Assembly (NCBI GenBank): GCA_963713825.1
Contig: CAVQNG010000004.1
Location: 128,001 to 192,000 of the forward strand
Source: an uncultured Acidobacteriota bacterium
GTDB taxonomy: Bacteria; Acidobacteriota; Thermoanaerobaculia; Multivoradales; JAHEKO01
Direction of reading: 5' to 3'
DNA: 64,000 nucleotides
This document shows positions 10,720 to 20,082 of the stretch, in pieces. The translations under genes and the position numbers were made by a program. The notes beneath the pieces are model-generated. The model had not been told where the DNA came from, did no database searches, and saw only the letters and a program-made list of their open reading frames with translations. Position 1 is the first letter of the stretch; the number at the start of each line of letters is the position of its first letter.

Positions 10720-11151
10720 ATGGAACAGATCAAACAAATGACCAGAGAGTCTCGAAGCGACCGGGTCACGCCCTTCGCCACCCACCCCAGCGTTCCCGAC
10801 CGCGTACTGAGCAAGTTCTTCAAGGCCCTCTCCGACCAGACTCGCCGCAACATCCTGAGGCTGCTCGAGAATCACCCACTGAGCGTCGGTGAGATCGTCG
10901 ACAATTTTCAGCTCTCCCAACCGACGATCTCGCGACACCTGGCCGTACTCCGCGAGGCCGACCTGGTTGTCGATCAGCGTCGAGGCCAGCACGTGATCTA
11001 CCAGATCAACTCCTCCCGCCTCGCCGCGTCGATGCTCGAGTTCTTCCGTGAGTTCCGTCAGTCAAGGCAGGAGCTGGAACGTCTGAGCGGCCGTCCCGAG
11101 CAGACCAACACCACTCCTCTCTCTCGCCCTCCGCGTCCAACGATTCGCTGA
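10720..11151 (+). CDS. ArsR/SmtB family transcriptional regulator
   Basis: FKALSDQTRRNILRLL...LSQPTISRHLAVLREADLV..RRGQHVIY. Confidence 0.92.
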   Translation: MEQIKQMTRESRSDRVTPFATHPSVPDRVLSKFFKALSDQTRRNILRLLENHPLSVGEIVDNFQLSQPTISRHLAVLREADLVVDQRRGQHVIYQINSSRLAASMLEFFREFRQSRQELERLSGRPEQTNTTPLSRPPRPTIR

Positions 11152-11166
11152 TCTCCTCTTCTTCGA

Positions 11167-11200
11167 GAACCGCTCGGGTATCCAGGTGCCCGAGCGGTTC
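11167..11200 (+). terminator. GC-rich hairpin after the ArsR gene
   Basis: GAACCGCTCGGG...CCCGAGCGGTTC perfect 12-bp stem; no long U tract. Confidence 0.55.
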
Positions 11201-11210
11201 GCATATACCC

Positions 11211-11239
11211 TCGCCAGCAACCCCAGGTCCGGCTATAAT
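11211..11239 (+). promoter_or_regulatory. Putative sigma70 promoter for tRNA-tilS operon
   Basis: TCGCCA-17 nt-TATAAT. Confidence 0.55.
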
Positions 11240-11307
11240 CTGCAGCCCGAGCCTTCAGGAGCAGCCCTTCGGGCCACTCCAGAGCTCGGTGGTTTTCTTG
11301 AGATCAA

Positions 11308-11384
11308 GGCGGTGTAGCTCAGCTGGTTAGAGCGAGCGACTCATAATCGCTAGGTCAGAGGTTCAAGTCCTCTCACCGCCACCA
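11308..11384 (+). tRNA. tRNA with CAT anticodon (elongator Met or Ile2)
   Basis: GGCGGTGTAGCTCAGCTGGTTAGAGCGAGCGACTCATAATCGCTAGGTCAGAGGTTCAAGTCCTCTCACCGCCACCA; paired 1-72, so not an initiator. Confidence 0.95.
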
Positions 11385-11396
11385 TCTTCTTCCAGT

Positions 11397-12758
11397 GTGA
11401 CTCTCTTCGACGCACTCGAGACCTTCCTCACCAGGGAGGCTCACGTTCAGCCCGGCGACGGGCTGCTGGTCGCGTTCTCCGGCGGCCCAGATTCCCTGGC
11501 CCTCCTCTGGGGCTTGACGCAGGTCGCACCCCGGCACGGTCTCTCGCTGACAGCGGCCCATCTGGATCACGGGCTCGATGGAGATTCGTCTCGCCGGGCC
11601 CGGACCGCCAAGGCACATTGCGACTCACTGCACGTCCCCATCTGGCTGGAGCGCAGGGAGGTGACCCTGGAGAGAGGGCCAGGTGAGAGCCTCGAGAGCG
11701 CCTGCAGACGCATTCGATACGTTTTTCTCGAGGAGATTCGGACCCGTTGCGCCGCCGCATTCACCTTGACTGCACACCATGCCGACGACCAGGCCGAGAC
11801 GGTGCTGCTGCGCCTCGCCTTCGGCAGCGGCCTGGCTGGCCTGGCGGGCATCACCTCTCGCCGGGATCGAGTTCTGCGCCCACTGCTCCGCCTGAGCCGC
11901 ACGGACCTCCTCGAGGCGACTCGATTCGCCGGCTTGACTCCAGTCGTCGACCCCACGAATCTCGACCTCAGAGCACCGCGCAATCGGTTTCGGCACCTCG
12001 TCTTGCCACGGCTAGCAGCAGCCGACCCCGACATCCGTGGCCGTCTGGAGCGACTATCGAACTCCGCCCGGCAGGTCCAGATCCGACTGGATCGATATCT
12101 GCCTCGGCAGCTCGACCTGCAGGTCGAGCGCGGCGAGGTGAGCGTCTCCAGGCAGCTGCTCTCGGAGTTTCCACCAGAGGTCCTTCCCTTTGCCCTCAGC
12201 CTGATGCACCGTTCTGCCGGTGTCCCCTATCCGCCGTCTAAGAAGGCGCGTCTCGACTTGTCCCGCCAGTTGCTCTGCACTACGACAGTCGGTTGCGATT
12301 GCGGCGGGGGCTGGCGTTGGGAAAGCGAGAACGAGCGGATCTGGCTGCGCAGGAGTCAACCGCGACCGGCTCCTTTCGCTTATACTCTCAAGGTGCCAGG
12401 GGAGTGCGTCATTCCCGAGGCCGGTCTGCGGTTCCGAATCGAGCCAGGCAAGACGGCCCACTGGATGTTCGCAAGCTCGCCACGACGGACAGGATTGGCG
12501 TTGCCGATCGTCGCCGGTGATGAGGTTACGATTCGCAATCGGCGTCCTGGTGATCGGTTTCAACCGTTGGGTTGTGCCTACACGCGGCGCCTCAAGGACG
12601 TCTTGATGGATCGCCGAGTGCCGCGCCGCGAGAGAGATCGTCTCCCCCTGCTCTTTGTGGGCTCCCGGCTGGCCTGGGTGCCTGGAGTGACTGTCAACGA
12701 GGACTTCAAGATCGCGGAGAGTGAGTCCGTCTGGGTTGCCCAGATCGATCCGCTGTAA
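11397..12758 (+). CDS. tilS: tRNA(Ile)-lysidine synthetase
   Basis: AFSGGPDS PP-loop, HLDHGL, TAHHADDQAETVL, RPLL, RNRFR, C-terminal RRPGDRF. Confidence 0.96.
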   Translation: MTLFDALETFLTREAHVQPGDGLLVAFSGGPDSLALLWGLTQVAPRHGLSLTAAHLDHGLDGDSSRRARTAKAHCDSLHVPIWLERREVTLERGPGESLESACRRIRYVFLEEIRTRCAAAFTLTAHHADDQAETVLLRLAFGSGLAGLAGITSRRDRVLRPLLRLSRTDLLEATRFAGLTPVVDPTNLDLRAPRNRFRHLVLPRLAAADPDIRGRLERLSNSARQVQIRLDRYLPRQLDLQVERGEVSVSRQLLSEFPPEVLPFALSLMHRSAGVPYPPSKKARLDLSRQLLCTTTVGCDCGGGWRWESENERIWLRRSQPRPAPFAYTLKVPGECVIPEAGLRFRIEPGKTAHWMFASSPRRTGLALPIVAGDEVTIRNRRPGDRFQPLGCAYTRRLKDVLMDRRVPRRERDRLPLLFVGSRLAWVPGVTVNEDFKIAESESVWVAQIDPL

Positions 12759-12763
12759 CCACC

Positions 12764-13294
12764 ATGGATATCCGACCGCTTTTTGACGCAGACATCATTC
12801 AGGAGAAGGTGACCGAACTGGGTCGTCGCTTGGGCAACGATCTGGGAGGGGCCGACCCCTGGATTATCTCCATCGTGGGTGGCTCGGTACTGTTCCTGGC
12901 CGATTTGATCCGCGCGATCGAGCAACCCGTGCGATTCGATTTCATTCAGGTTCAGTACTCCGTCAGCGCATACGAGGGGGATCTCCTGGAGATCCACTAC
13001 CCAATCTCGCTGAACGTGGAAGATCAGAATCTCGTCATCCTCAAGGATGTCGTCGTATCAGGCGTTATCGAGAACTACCTTTCCAACCAGTTCCTGCAGC
13101 GAGGTGCTCGACAGGTTCAGTTCGCTGGTCTGATCGATATCCAAGACCAGAGAAAGACCGACTTCCAACCCGACTACAGCCTGTTCACGACGGAACGCCA
13201 GGGCACCTTCGTTGGTTATGGACTCAAACATCTGGGCCGCTTCGGCAACCTGCCGTTCATCGGCATCGTAGAACAGGACGAGGACGATCGCTGA
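12764..13294 (+). CDS. Hypoxanthine phosphoribosyltransferase-like protein with degenerate active site
   Basis: Colinear with Hpt (GSVLFLADL, FVGYGL, NLPFIG) in the tilS-hpt-ftsH position; PRPP loop reads LKDVVVSGVI. Confidence 0.8.
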   Translation: MDIRPLFDADIIQEKVTELGRRLGNDLGGADPWIISIVGGSVLFLADLIRAIEQPVRFDFIQVQYSVSAYEGDLLEIHYPISLNVEDQNLVILKDVVVSGVIENYLSNQFLQRGARQVQFAGLIDIQDQRKTDFQPDYSLFTTERQGTFVGYGLKHLGRFGNLPFIGIVEQDEDDR

Positions 13295-13343
13295 GACGAG
13301 CTGGATCGTCGCCAGCACTGCCCCATCTCGAGGAATTTGAATC

Positions 13344-15329
13344 TTGACTCCAACCGTTAGAACACTGATTGTCTGGATCGCGATCTTCGTCGTGGTCATT
13401 CTGTTGTGGAACACCTTTCAAGCGGGTCGAGTGAGTCGCTTCCCCCTGACCTTCACCGAGTTCCTCGAGCAGGTCGAACAGGGGCGCGTAGCGGAAGTCA
13501 CCATTCGCGGCCAGGAAGTCTCCGGATCCTTCACCGAAGGAGGCCAGTATGCCGCCGGGGACAGCTTCTTCACCTATCTACCCGAGTACCCGGATCTGGT
13601 CACGGAGCTCCGGGACGCTGGCGTGATCATCAAGGCCGAGGAGCCGCGAGAGAATCCACTACTCCAATTCCTCTTTGGCTGGGCGCCGTTCCTACTCATT
13701 ATCGGACTGTGGATTTTCTTCATGCGCCAGATGCAGTCCGGTGGCAATAAGGCTCTTTCCTTCGGCAAGAGCAAAGCCAAGCTCCTCAGTACCTCTGGCA
13801 AGAAAGTGACGTTCCAGGACGTCGCCGGCGTCGAAGAGGCCAAGGAAGAGCTAGCCGAGATCATCGATTTCCTCAAGGAGCCCCAGAAGTTCCAGAAGCT
13901 GGGCGGCAAGATCCCGAAAGGCGTCCTCCTGATGGGACCGCCAGGCACCGGCAAGACGCTGCTCGCCAGGGCGATCGCCGGAGAAGCGGGCGTGCCCTTC
14001 TTCTCCATCTCCGGTTCCGATTTCGTGGAAATGTTCGTCGGTGTCGGTGCCAGTCGCGTGCGTGATCTCTTCGAGCAAGGAAAGAAGAACGCTCCCTGCA
14101 TCGTCTTCATTGACGAGATCGACGCCGTCGGACGACATCGCGGCGCTGGACTCGGCGGCGGCCACGACGAGCGTGAGCAGACTCTCAACCAGCTGCTGGT
14201 CGAGATGGATGGATTCGAATCCAACGAGGGCGTGATCCTCATTGCGGCGACCAACCGTCCTGATGTTCTGGACCCCGCATTGCTGCGCCCTGGCCGATTC
14301 GACAGACGGGTCGTTGTAGACCGGCCAGACATCAACGGTCGTCTGGGGATCCTCAAGGTTCATACGCGAGAGATCCCGCTCTCCGATGACGTCAACCTGG
14401 AAGTCCTGGCACGCGGTACGCCAGGATTCGCCGGTGCCGACCTCGCGAACATGGTGAACGAGGCTGCCCTCGTCGCGGCGGGCAGAGAGCGAGAAATGGT
14501 GGCAATGGAGGATTTCGAGTACGCCAAGGACAAGGTCCTGATGGGGGTCGAGCGTAAGACCCTCATGCTGACCGACGAGGAAAAGCGCATCACGGCCTAC
14601 CACGAGGCTGGCCATGCCCTGGTCGCTGCCTTTGTCGTTGGCTCCGATCCCCTCCACAAAGTGACGGTGATCCCTCGCGGGCGCGCTCTTGGAGTCACCA
14701 TGCAGCTTCCCCTCGAGGACAAGTACACCTACCGAAGGACCTATGTCGAAGGGCAAATCGCCATTCTGATGGGTGGTCGGATCGCCGAGGAGCTGACACA
14801 GGACGACATCACGACCGGTGCCGGCAACGACATCGAGCGGGCGACCGAGATGGCACGCCGCATGGTCTGTGAGTGGGGTATGTCCGAATTGGGACCCCTC
14901 TCGTTCGGCAGCAAGGACGAGCCCGTGTTTCTCGGTCGTGATTTCAATCAGCGCGCCGACTACAGCGAAGACACCGCCATTCGAATCGATCGCGAAGTGG
15001 ACAGAATCGTTCAGACGGCCTACGAAAGCGCCCGCAAGATCCTGACCGACAATCGCGCCGTGCTGGAGCGCCTGGCCCAGGAGCTTCTCGAACACGAGTC
15101 GCTGGACGGTACCGAGGTTTACGCCACCATCGAGGAAATGACCGGCAAGGACCTCCTGCCGACGCTTCCTAAAGCCAAGTCTCTGGAGGCCCAGCCTGAA
15201 GAGGTCGCGTCTGCAACACAATCGGAGACTTTGGAAGAGGTCGAAATCGAGGACCTCCCGGACGAAGTTCTCGACGCGACTGCCGAGCAGGATTCACCAC
15301 CATCGAGCCCTCGACCGACTGCAGAGTAG
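13344..15329 (+). CDS. ftsH: ATP-dependent zinc metalloprotease FtsH
   Basis: 2 [28 protein letters not shown]. Confidence 0.99.
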   Translation: MTPTVRTLIVWIAIFVVVILLWNTFQAGRVSRFPLTFTEFLEQVEQGRVAEVTIRGQEVSGSFTEGGQYAAGDSFFTYLPEYPDLVTELRDAGVIIKAEEPRENPLLQFLFGWAPFLLIIGLWIFFMRQMQSGGNKALSFGKSKAKLLSTSGKKVTFQDVAGVEEAKEELAEIIDFLKEPQKFQKLGGKIPKGVLLMGPPGTGKTLLARAIAGEAGVPFFSISGSDFVEMFVGVGASRVRDLFEQGKKNAPCIVFIDEIDAVGRHRGAGLGGGHDEREQTLNQLLVEMDGFESNEGVILIAATNRPDVLDPALLRPGRFDRRVVVDRPDINGRLGILKVHTREIPLSDDVNLEVLARGTPGFAGADLANMVNEAALVAAGREREMVAMEDFEYAKDKVLMGVERKTLMLTDEEKRITAYHEAGHALVAAFVVGSDPLHKVTVIPRGRALGVTMQLPLEDKYTYRRTYVEGQIAILMGGRIAEELTQDDITTGAGNDIERATEMARRMVCEWGMSELGPLSFGSKDEPVFLGRDFNQRADYSEDTAIRIDREVDRIVQTAYESARKILTDNRAVLERLAQELLEHESLDGTEVYATIEEMTGKDLLPTLPKAKSLEAQPEEVASATQSETLEEVEIEDLPDEVLDATAEQDSPPSSPRPTAE

Positions 15330-15358
15330 AAATCCGAAGCCTCAAACCCTTCCGCCCA

Positions 15359-16258
15359 ATGACCACCGTCACCACTCGACAGCTCGCACCACAAGGGCTG
15401 GTCTGTGCCGGCGGTCAGATCTTGGACTTCGAGCGCGCGCCGCTCGTCATGGGGGTGTTGAACCTCACTCCCGACTCCTTTAGCGACGGAGGTTTGTGGA
15501 CGGATCCGCAGAGAGCCTTGGATCGGGCCGAGGAAATGGTCGCCCAGGGGGCCGAGGTCTTGGACCTCGGAGCTGAGTCGACCCGACCCGGCGGTGGGAT
15601 CTACGGCACCGGTGCGCAGTCCGTACCGGCGGAAGAAGAGCTGAGCCGACTGCTGCCCGTCTTGGAACCTCTCAGGAAACGGGTTTCTGTTCCACTCTCT
15701 GTTGACACTCGAAAAAGCCATGTCGCGAAGGTGGCACTCGATGCCGGGGCCGATCTCATCAACGACATCAGCTGTCTTTCGGACCCGGAATTGGCGGTCA
15801 TCGCCGCCGAACGGGGCGCACCGTTGGTCCTGATGCATAGCCGGGGAGACCTGGCTTCGATGCAGAAAGAAACCCACTTCGACGATGTGGTCGAGGAGGT
15901 GATTCAGGACCTCGAGGTGGCCATCGACGAAGCCCGCCGGCGAGGCCTGTCGCGGCATCAGATCCTCGTCGACCCGGGAATCGGATTCGGCAAGAACGGC
16001 CCGCAAAACCTCGAGCTCCTGCGACGCCTCGAAGAGCTCCAGCGACTCGGGCAGCCGATTCTCGTCGGTGCCAGCCGCAAGAGCTTTATCGGCACCATCA
16101 CCGACCAGCCAGCCGACGGCAGACTCGCTGGTAGCCTGGCGGCGATCGCTTGGGCTGCTTCGCAAGGCGCCGCCATGGTTCGGGTTCACGACGTGGCAGA
16201 GACGGTTCAGTTTCTCGCCGTCTGGCGGGCTATCGACACAACAGGGGGACAGCAGTGA
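15359..16258 (+). CDS. folP: Dihydropteroate synthase
   Basis: GVLNLTPDSFSDGG, ESTRPG, DPGIGFGK, SRKSF, RVHDV. Confidence 0.97.
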   Translation: MTTVTTRQLAPQGLVCAGGQILDFERAPLVMGVLNLTPDSFSDGGLWTDPQRALDRAEEMVAQGAEVLDLGAESTRPGGGIYGTGAQSVPAEEELSRLLPVLEPLRKRVSVPLSVDTRKSHVAKVALDAGADLINDISCLSDPELAVIAAERGAPLVLMHSRGDLASMQKETHFDDVVEEVIQDLEVAIDEARRRGLSRHQILVDPGIGFGKNGPQNLELLRRLEELQRLGQPILVGASRKSFIGTITDQPADGRLAGSLAAIAWAASQGAAMVRVHDVAETVQFLAVWRAIDTTGGQQ

Positions 16259-17043
16259 GTCTGGCTGACTGGCTGCAGATCCTGACCTGGCGCGATCTCC
16301 TGGATATCGCGCTCGTGGCGCTGGTCATCTACAACCTCCTGCTACTCATCCGAGGCACGCGAGCCGTTCAGATCATCCTCGGCATCCTCTTCATCGCCGC
16401 CGCGTCGTATCTTGCTGGAGTCGCCAATTTAGAGACCCTTAAGGAGCTCCTCGGAAACTTCCTTCTGGTGCTACCGCTGGCCATTATCGTTCTCTTTCAG
16501 CATGAAATCCGCCACGCCCTTGCCAGTTTCGGTCGCAATCCACTGTGGGGTCTCGGAACCCATCAGCAGGTCGAATCGACCATCAGTGAGATCGTCACAG
16601 CGGCAACCACGTTGTCCGACCGGCGCATCGGTGCCCTGATCGTCATTCAGAGACTGGAAGGCTTGCGGAACTACATCGAGAACGGGGTCGAGATCGACGC
16701 TCGGGTGAGCTACGACCTGCTGATCAATCTCTTCAGCCCGGAAACGCCGCTGCACGATGGTGCGGTCATGCTGCAGCAGGACCGAATCGCCGCCGCCGCC
16801 TGTTTTCTTCCGCTCTCCTTGAATCCCGAGATCTCGAAAGACTACGGTACGCGTCACCGAGCCGCCCTCGGCATCTCCGAAGAGGCGGATGCGCTGGCCG
16901 TTGTCGTCTCTGAAGAGACAGGCGCCATCTCGATCGCCATTGGTGGAGAGCTCATTCGCGACCTGGATTCCAAGAGTCTGCGCAACGCGCTTTACAAGTA
17001 CCTGATCACCGACCTCGGCTCGCTTTCGGAGACGAACCCTTGA
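16255..17043 (+). CDS. cdaA: Diadenylate cyclase CdaA
   Basis: GTGA overlap with folP; 3 TM; LHDGA and GTRHRAA DAC motifs, VSEETG. Confidence 0.95.
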   Translation: MSLADWLQILTWRDLLDIALVALVIYNLLLLIRGTRAVQIILGILFIAAASYLAGVANLETLKELLGNFLLVLPLAIIVLFQHEIRHALASFGRNPLWGLGTHQQVESTISEIVTAATTLSDRRIGALIVIQRLEGLRNYIENGVEIDARVSYDLLINLFSPETPLHDGAVMLQQDRIAAAACFLPLSLNPEISKDYGTRHRAALGISEEADALAVVVSEETGAISIAIGGELIRDLDSKSLRNALYKYLITDLGSLSETNP

Positions 17044-17723
17044 GCGAAGCCAAGAGCATCTGGGGATTGCGCCTGCTCGCTCTCGCGCTGGCGGTGACCG
17101 CCTGGTTCATCGTCTCGGTCGAAAAGCGCGAGCCCCTGAATGAGAAGGTTGTCGAGGCGACGGTGCGCTACGACAATTTCCCCGGCTTGATCGTCGTCAA
17201 GAGAGTCGAAGCCGTGCGGGTCGGCGTGCGCGGCACCGTCAGTCGAATGCGCACTCTGAATCCCTACCTGGTCGATGTCTTTGTCGAGCTACCCAATCCG
17301 ACGAGCGGCGCCTTCGATGTGCCGCTGACGGCGGAGAGCGTGATTCTTCCAGAGGCCCTGGAAGTGGTTTCGATCGAGCCCAATATCATCCACCTCGAGC
17401 TCGATGTCGAGAAAACCGATCTGCTGCCAGTGACACCCAGGCTGGAGGGCGAGCCGGCCGCTGGCGCCAAGGTCCGGCTAGCCGAGGTCATCCCTCCCCG
17501 GGTTCTGGTCCGGGGACCCGAGACCATGCTCGACACGATCGGCTCCCTATTCACGACGCCCGTGGATCTGACCGGGCATGCTCTCGATTTCCAAGAGCAG
17601 GCTGCAGTCCTGCCTCCCGACCCCATGGTCAACATAGTTCAGCCCGCCGTGGTCACTGTTCGCATCCTGATGGAGATCCCCGGCACCGATCTACTGACCA
17701 ACTCCGACGACTCGACAGAATGA
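17040..17723 (+). CDS. cdaR: CdaR/YbbR-like regulator
   Basis: N-terminal TM followed by YbbR-like beta repeats; lies between cdaA and glmM. Confidence 0.85.
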   Translation: MSEAKSIWGLRLLALALAVTAWFIVSVEKREPLNEKVVEATVRYDNFPGLIVVKRVEAVRVGVRGTVSRMRTLNPYLVDVFVELPNPTSGAFDVPLTAESVILPEALEVVSIEPNIIHLELDVEKTDLLPVTPRLEGEPAAGAKVRLAEVIPPRVLVRGPETMLDTIGSLFTTPVDLTGHALDFQEQAAVLPPDPMVNIVQPAVVTVRILMEIPGTDLLTNSDDSTE

Positions 17724-19087
17724 CGACCTCCCAACCTTCCATTCGTCTCTTTGGAACGGATGGCATCCGCGCACCTTTCGGTACCTTCCCACTGGACGAG
17801 CAGACCGTCTGCCGTATCGGCTACCACTTGGGACTGATGCTCCAAGAGGAGACTCCGAGCCCCATGGTGATTCTGGGCGGCGATACCAGGCAGAGCACCG
17901 AGACGATTTGTGGCTGGATGGCGGCAGGCCTACACCACGCAGGTGCTCAGACTCTCTATGGGGGCACACTGCCAACGCCTGCGATCGCTTTCCTCGTCCA
18001 CCAACGGGAGGCAGCCGCCGGAGTGGCCATCTCTGCCAGCCACAATCTGCTGCCCGACAACGGCATCAAGTTGTTCGACCACCTGGGCTTCAAGTGGCAG
18101 GTACCGGCGGAGGAAGCCCTCGAAGAGCGCCTCTTCAACCACCCAGACCAGATCGAAGACCCGCCGGCAGAGAAACTGAACCTCGACCCTTCTCTCGCAG
18201 AGGAGTACCGCGAGGCTCTCGAACAGTCATCGACCGACAAGTCAGCCTCCCTCGAGGGGCTGAAGTTCGTGATCGATGCCGCCAACGGCGCAGCGTCTCC
18301 CTTCGCCGCCCAGGTGTTTCGAGATCTGGGCGCGGAAGTCGTATCGCTTCACGACCAGCCCAATGGTCGCAATATCAATCGCGATTGCGGCTCCACCCAT
18401 CCAGAGGACATGGCCCGAGCCGTCCTCGAAACGGCAGCCGACCTTGGCATCGCATTCGATGGGGACGCAGACCGTGCCCTCTTTGCGGATGAGCAGGGCG
18501 TGGTGCGAGATGGCGACGCCGCGCTGTTCCTCTGGGCTCGCTATCTGAAGGATTCGGCACGGCTGGAACCGCCAAAGATCGTCGCTACAAGCATGTCCAA
18601 CCTGGGTCTCGAACGGGCCCTCGATGGCGAGTCCATCGAGCTGGTGCGATGCGGCGTCGGCGATCGAACGGTCGTCAATACGATGCTGGAAGCCGGAATC
18701 TCCCTTGGAGGAGAGCAATCGGGGCACATCGTCGACTTGACACAAGGCACCACCGGCGACGGCCTCGCCACGGCCCTTCAAATTGCCAAGATACTCAAAG
18801 TCGAGGCCAGGCCCCTCTCCGAGCTGCTGGCCCCGTTCGTGCGGTTTCCCCAGGTCCTGATCAATGTGAGAGTCACCAGCAAGCCGCCGCTCGAGTCTCT
18901 ACCAAGCGTCGCTGCCGTCGCCAGAGATGTCGCTGTCCGACTTGGCAATCGGGGCCGCCTCGTCCTTCGGTACAGCGGTACCGAGCCCCTGGCCCGGGTG
19001 ATGATCGAAGGCGAGAACCAGCATGAAATCGACGAGTTGGCTGCCAGCCTGATCGATGCCATCCGAGAAGAAATCGGGGCCGAATAG
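17720..19087 (+). CDS. glmM: Phosphoglucosamine mutase
   Basis: LFGTDGIR, ISASHN, FDGDADR, GGEQSGH, RYSGTEP. Confidence 0.96.
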   Translation: MTTSQPSIRLFGTDGIRAPFGTFPLDEQTVCRIGYHLGLMLQEETPSPMVILGGDTRQSTETICGWMAAGLHHAGAQTLYGGTLPTPAIAFLVHQREAAAGVAISASHNLLPDNGIKLFDHLGFKWQVPAEEALEERLFNHPDQIEDPPAEKLNLDPSLAEEYREALEQSSTDKSASLEGLKFVIDAANGAASPFAAQVFRDLGAEVVSLHDQPNGRNINRDCGSTHPEDMARAVLETAADLGIAFDGDADRALFADEQGVVRDGDAALFLWARYLKDSARLEPPKIVATSMSNLGLERALDGESIELVRCGVGDRTVVNTMLEAGISLGGEQSGHIVDLTQGTTGDGLATALQIAKILKVEARPLSELLAPFVRFPQVLINVRVTSKPPLESLPSVAAVARDVAVRLGNRGRLVLRYSGTEPLARVMIEGENQHEIDELAASLIDAIREEIGAE

Positions 19088-19112
19088 ACAAGTCCAACCT
19101 GGAGAAGTCCTC

Positions 19113-19832
19113 ATGACCGATCTTTCCGTCAATGTCGACCACGTCGCGACACTCAGGCAGGCCCGCAAGGTCGGGTACCCAGACCCCGTCGAGGCAGCGA
19201 CCATTGCCGAGCGAGTGGGCGCCACTGGAATCACAATTCACCTGCGCAGCGATCGACGCCACATCCTGGAGAGCGATCTCGCCAACCTGCGCGAAACGGT
19301 CAAGGGCAAGTTGAATCTGGAGATGGCGACGACCGAGGAGATGACCACTATTGCGCTGCGCTACGGTCCGGACCAGGTCAGTCTGGTGCCGGAACGGCCC
19401 GAAGAGGTCACCACAGAGGGTGGGCTCGACCTGTTGTCGTCCGGCGAGCGCGTCGTAGCGGTGGCCAAGCAGCTCCAAGCGCAGGGCATCATCGTGTCGG
19501 TCTTCGTCGATCCGGAACCACGACAGATCGAGCATCTGCTGACCACGGCCACGGGCCTGGTCGAGGGCTTCGAGATCAACACGGACAGCTACACCAGGGC
19601 CAAGGGAGCAGCAGCCGAAGTCGAGCTGCAGAAGATCGCCCAGGTCACGGCCATGGGCGTCGAGGGTGGACTAAGGGTCTACGCAGGACACGGTCTGACG
19701 ACCGCGAATGTCGGTCCTGTCTCTTCGATGCCAGGCATCGAAGAGCTCAACATCGGTCACTCCATCGTGTCGCGTGCCGTGCTCGTGGGAATGGAAGAAG
19801 CGGTGCGTGAAATGCTCGTCGCCATGGGTTAG
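19113..19832 (+). CDS. pdxJ: Pyridoxine 5'-phosphate synthase
   Basis: VNVDHVATLRQAR, HLRSDRRHI, TTEGGLD, AGHGL, ELNIGH. Confidence 0.97.
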   Translation: MTDLSVNVDHVATLRQARKVGYPDPVEAATIAERVGATGITIHLRSDRRHILESDLANLRETVKGKLNLEMATTEEMTTIALRYGPDQVSLVPERPEEVTTEGGLDLLSSGERVVAVAKQLQAQGIIVSVFVDPEPRQIEHLLTTATGLVEGFEINTDSYTRAKGAAAEVELQKIAQVTAMGVEGGLRVYAGHGLTTANVGPVSSMPGIEELNIGHSIVSRAVLVGMEEAVREMLVAMG

Positions 19833-19862
19833 GCGCCCACGACTTCCAGCGCTGTCCGCAAT

Positions 19863-20078
19863 CTAGCGCTCGACTTCCATCGGTTCCTCGACAGTCTCTT
19901 CCGGCTCCTTGAAGATCAGAGCCGTCTCCTGGATGGGTAGCAGCACCCGATGTATGTTGTCCCCGAACCGGTACTGCAATATGTAGTAGCCGTTCTCGGA
20001 GATCTGATGCAGGGCTCCTTCGACTCCCTTGAGTCCAGCGAGCTCATTGTGAATCAATACCTGTATGGGAAGCTCCAT
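19863..20078 (-). CDS. Small hypothetical protein (possible Sm/Hfq-like beta fold)
   Basis: 71 aa, 4 bp downstream of the response regulator, RBS GGAGG in the upstream gene end. Confidence 0.65.
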   Translation of the reverse strand: MELPIQVLIHNELAGLKGVEGALHQISENGYYILQYRFGDNIHRVLLPIQETALIFKEPEETVEEPMEVER

Positions 20079-20082
20079 CGCC

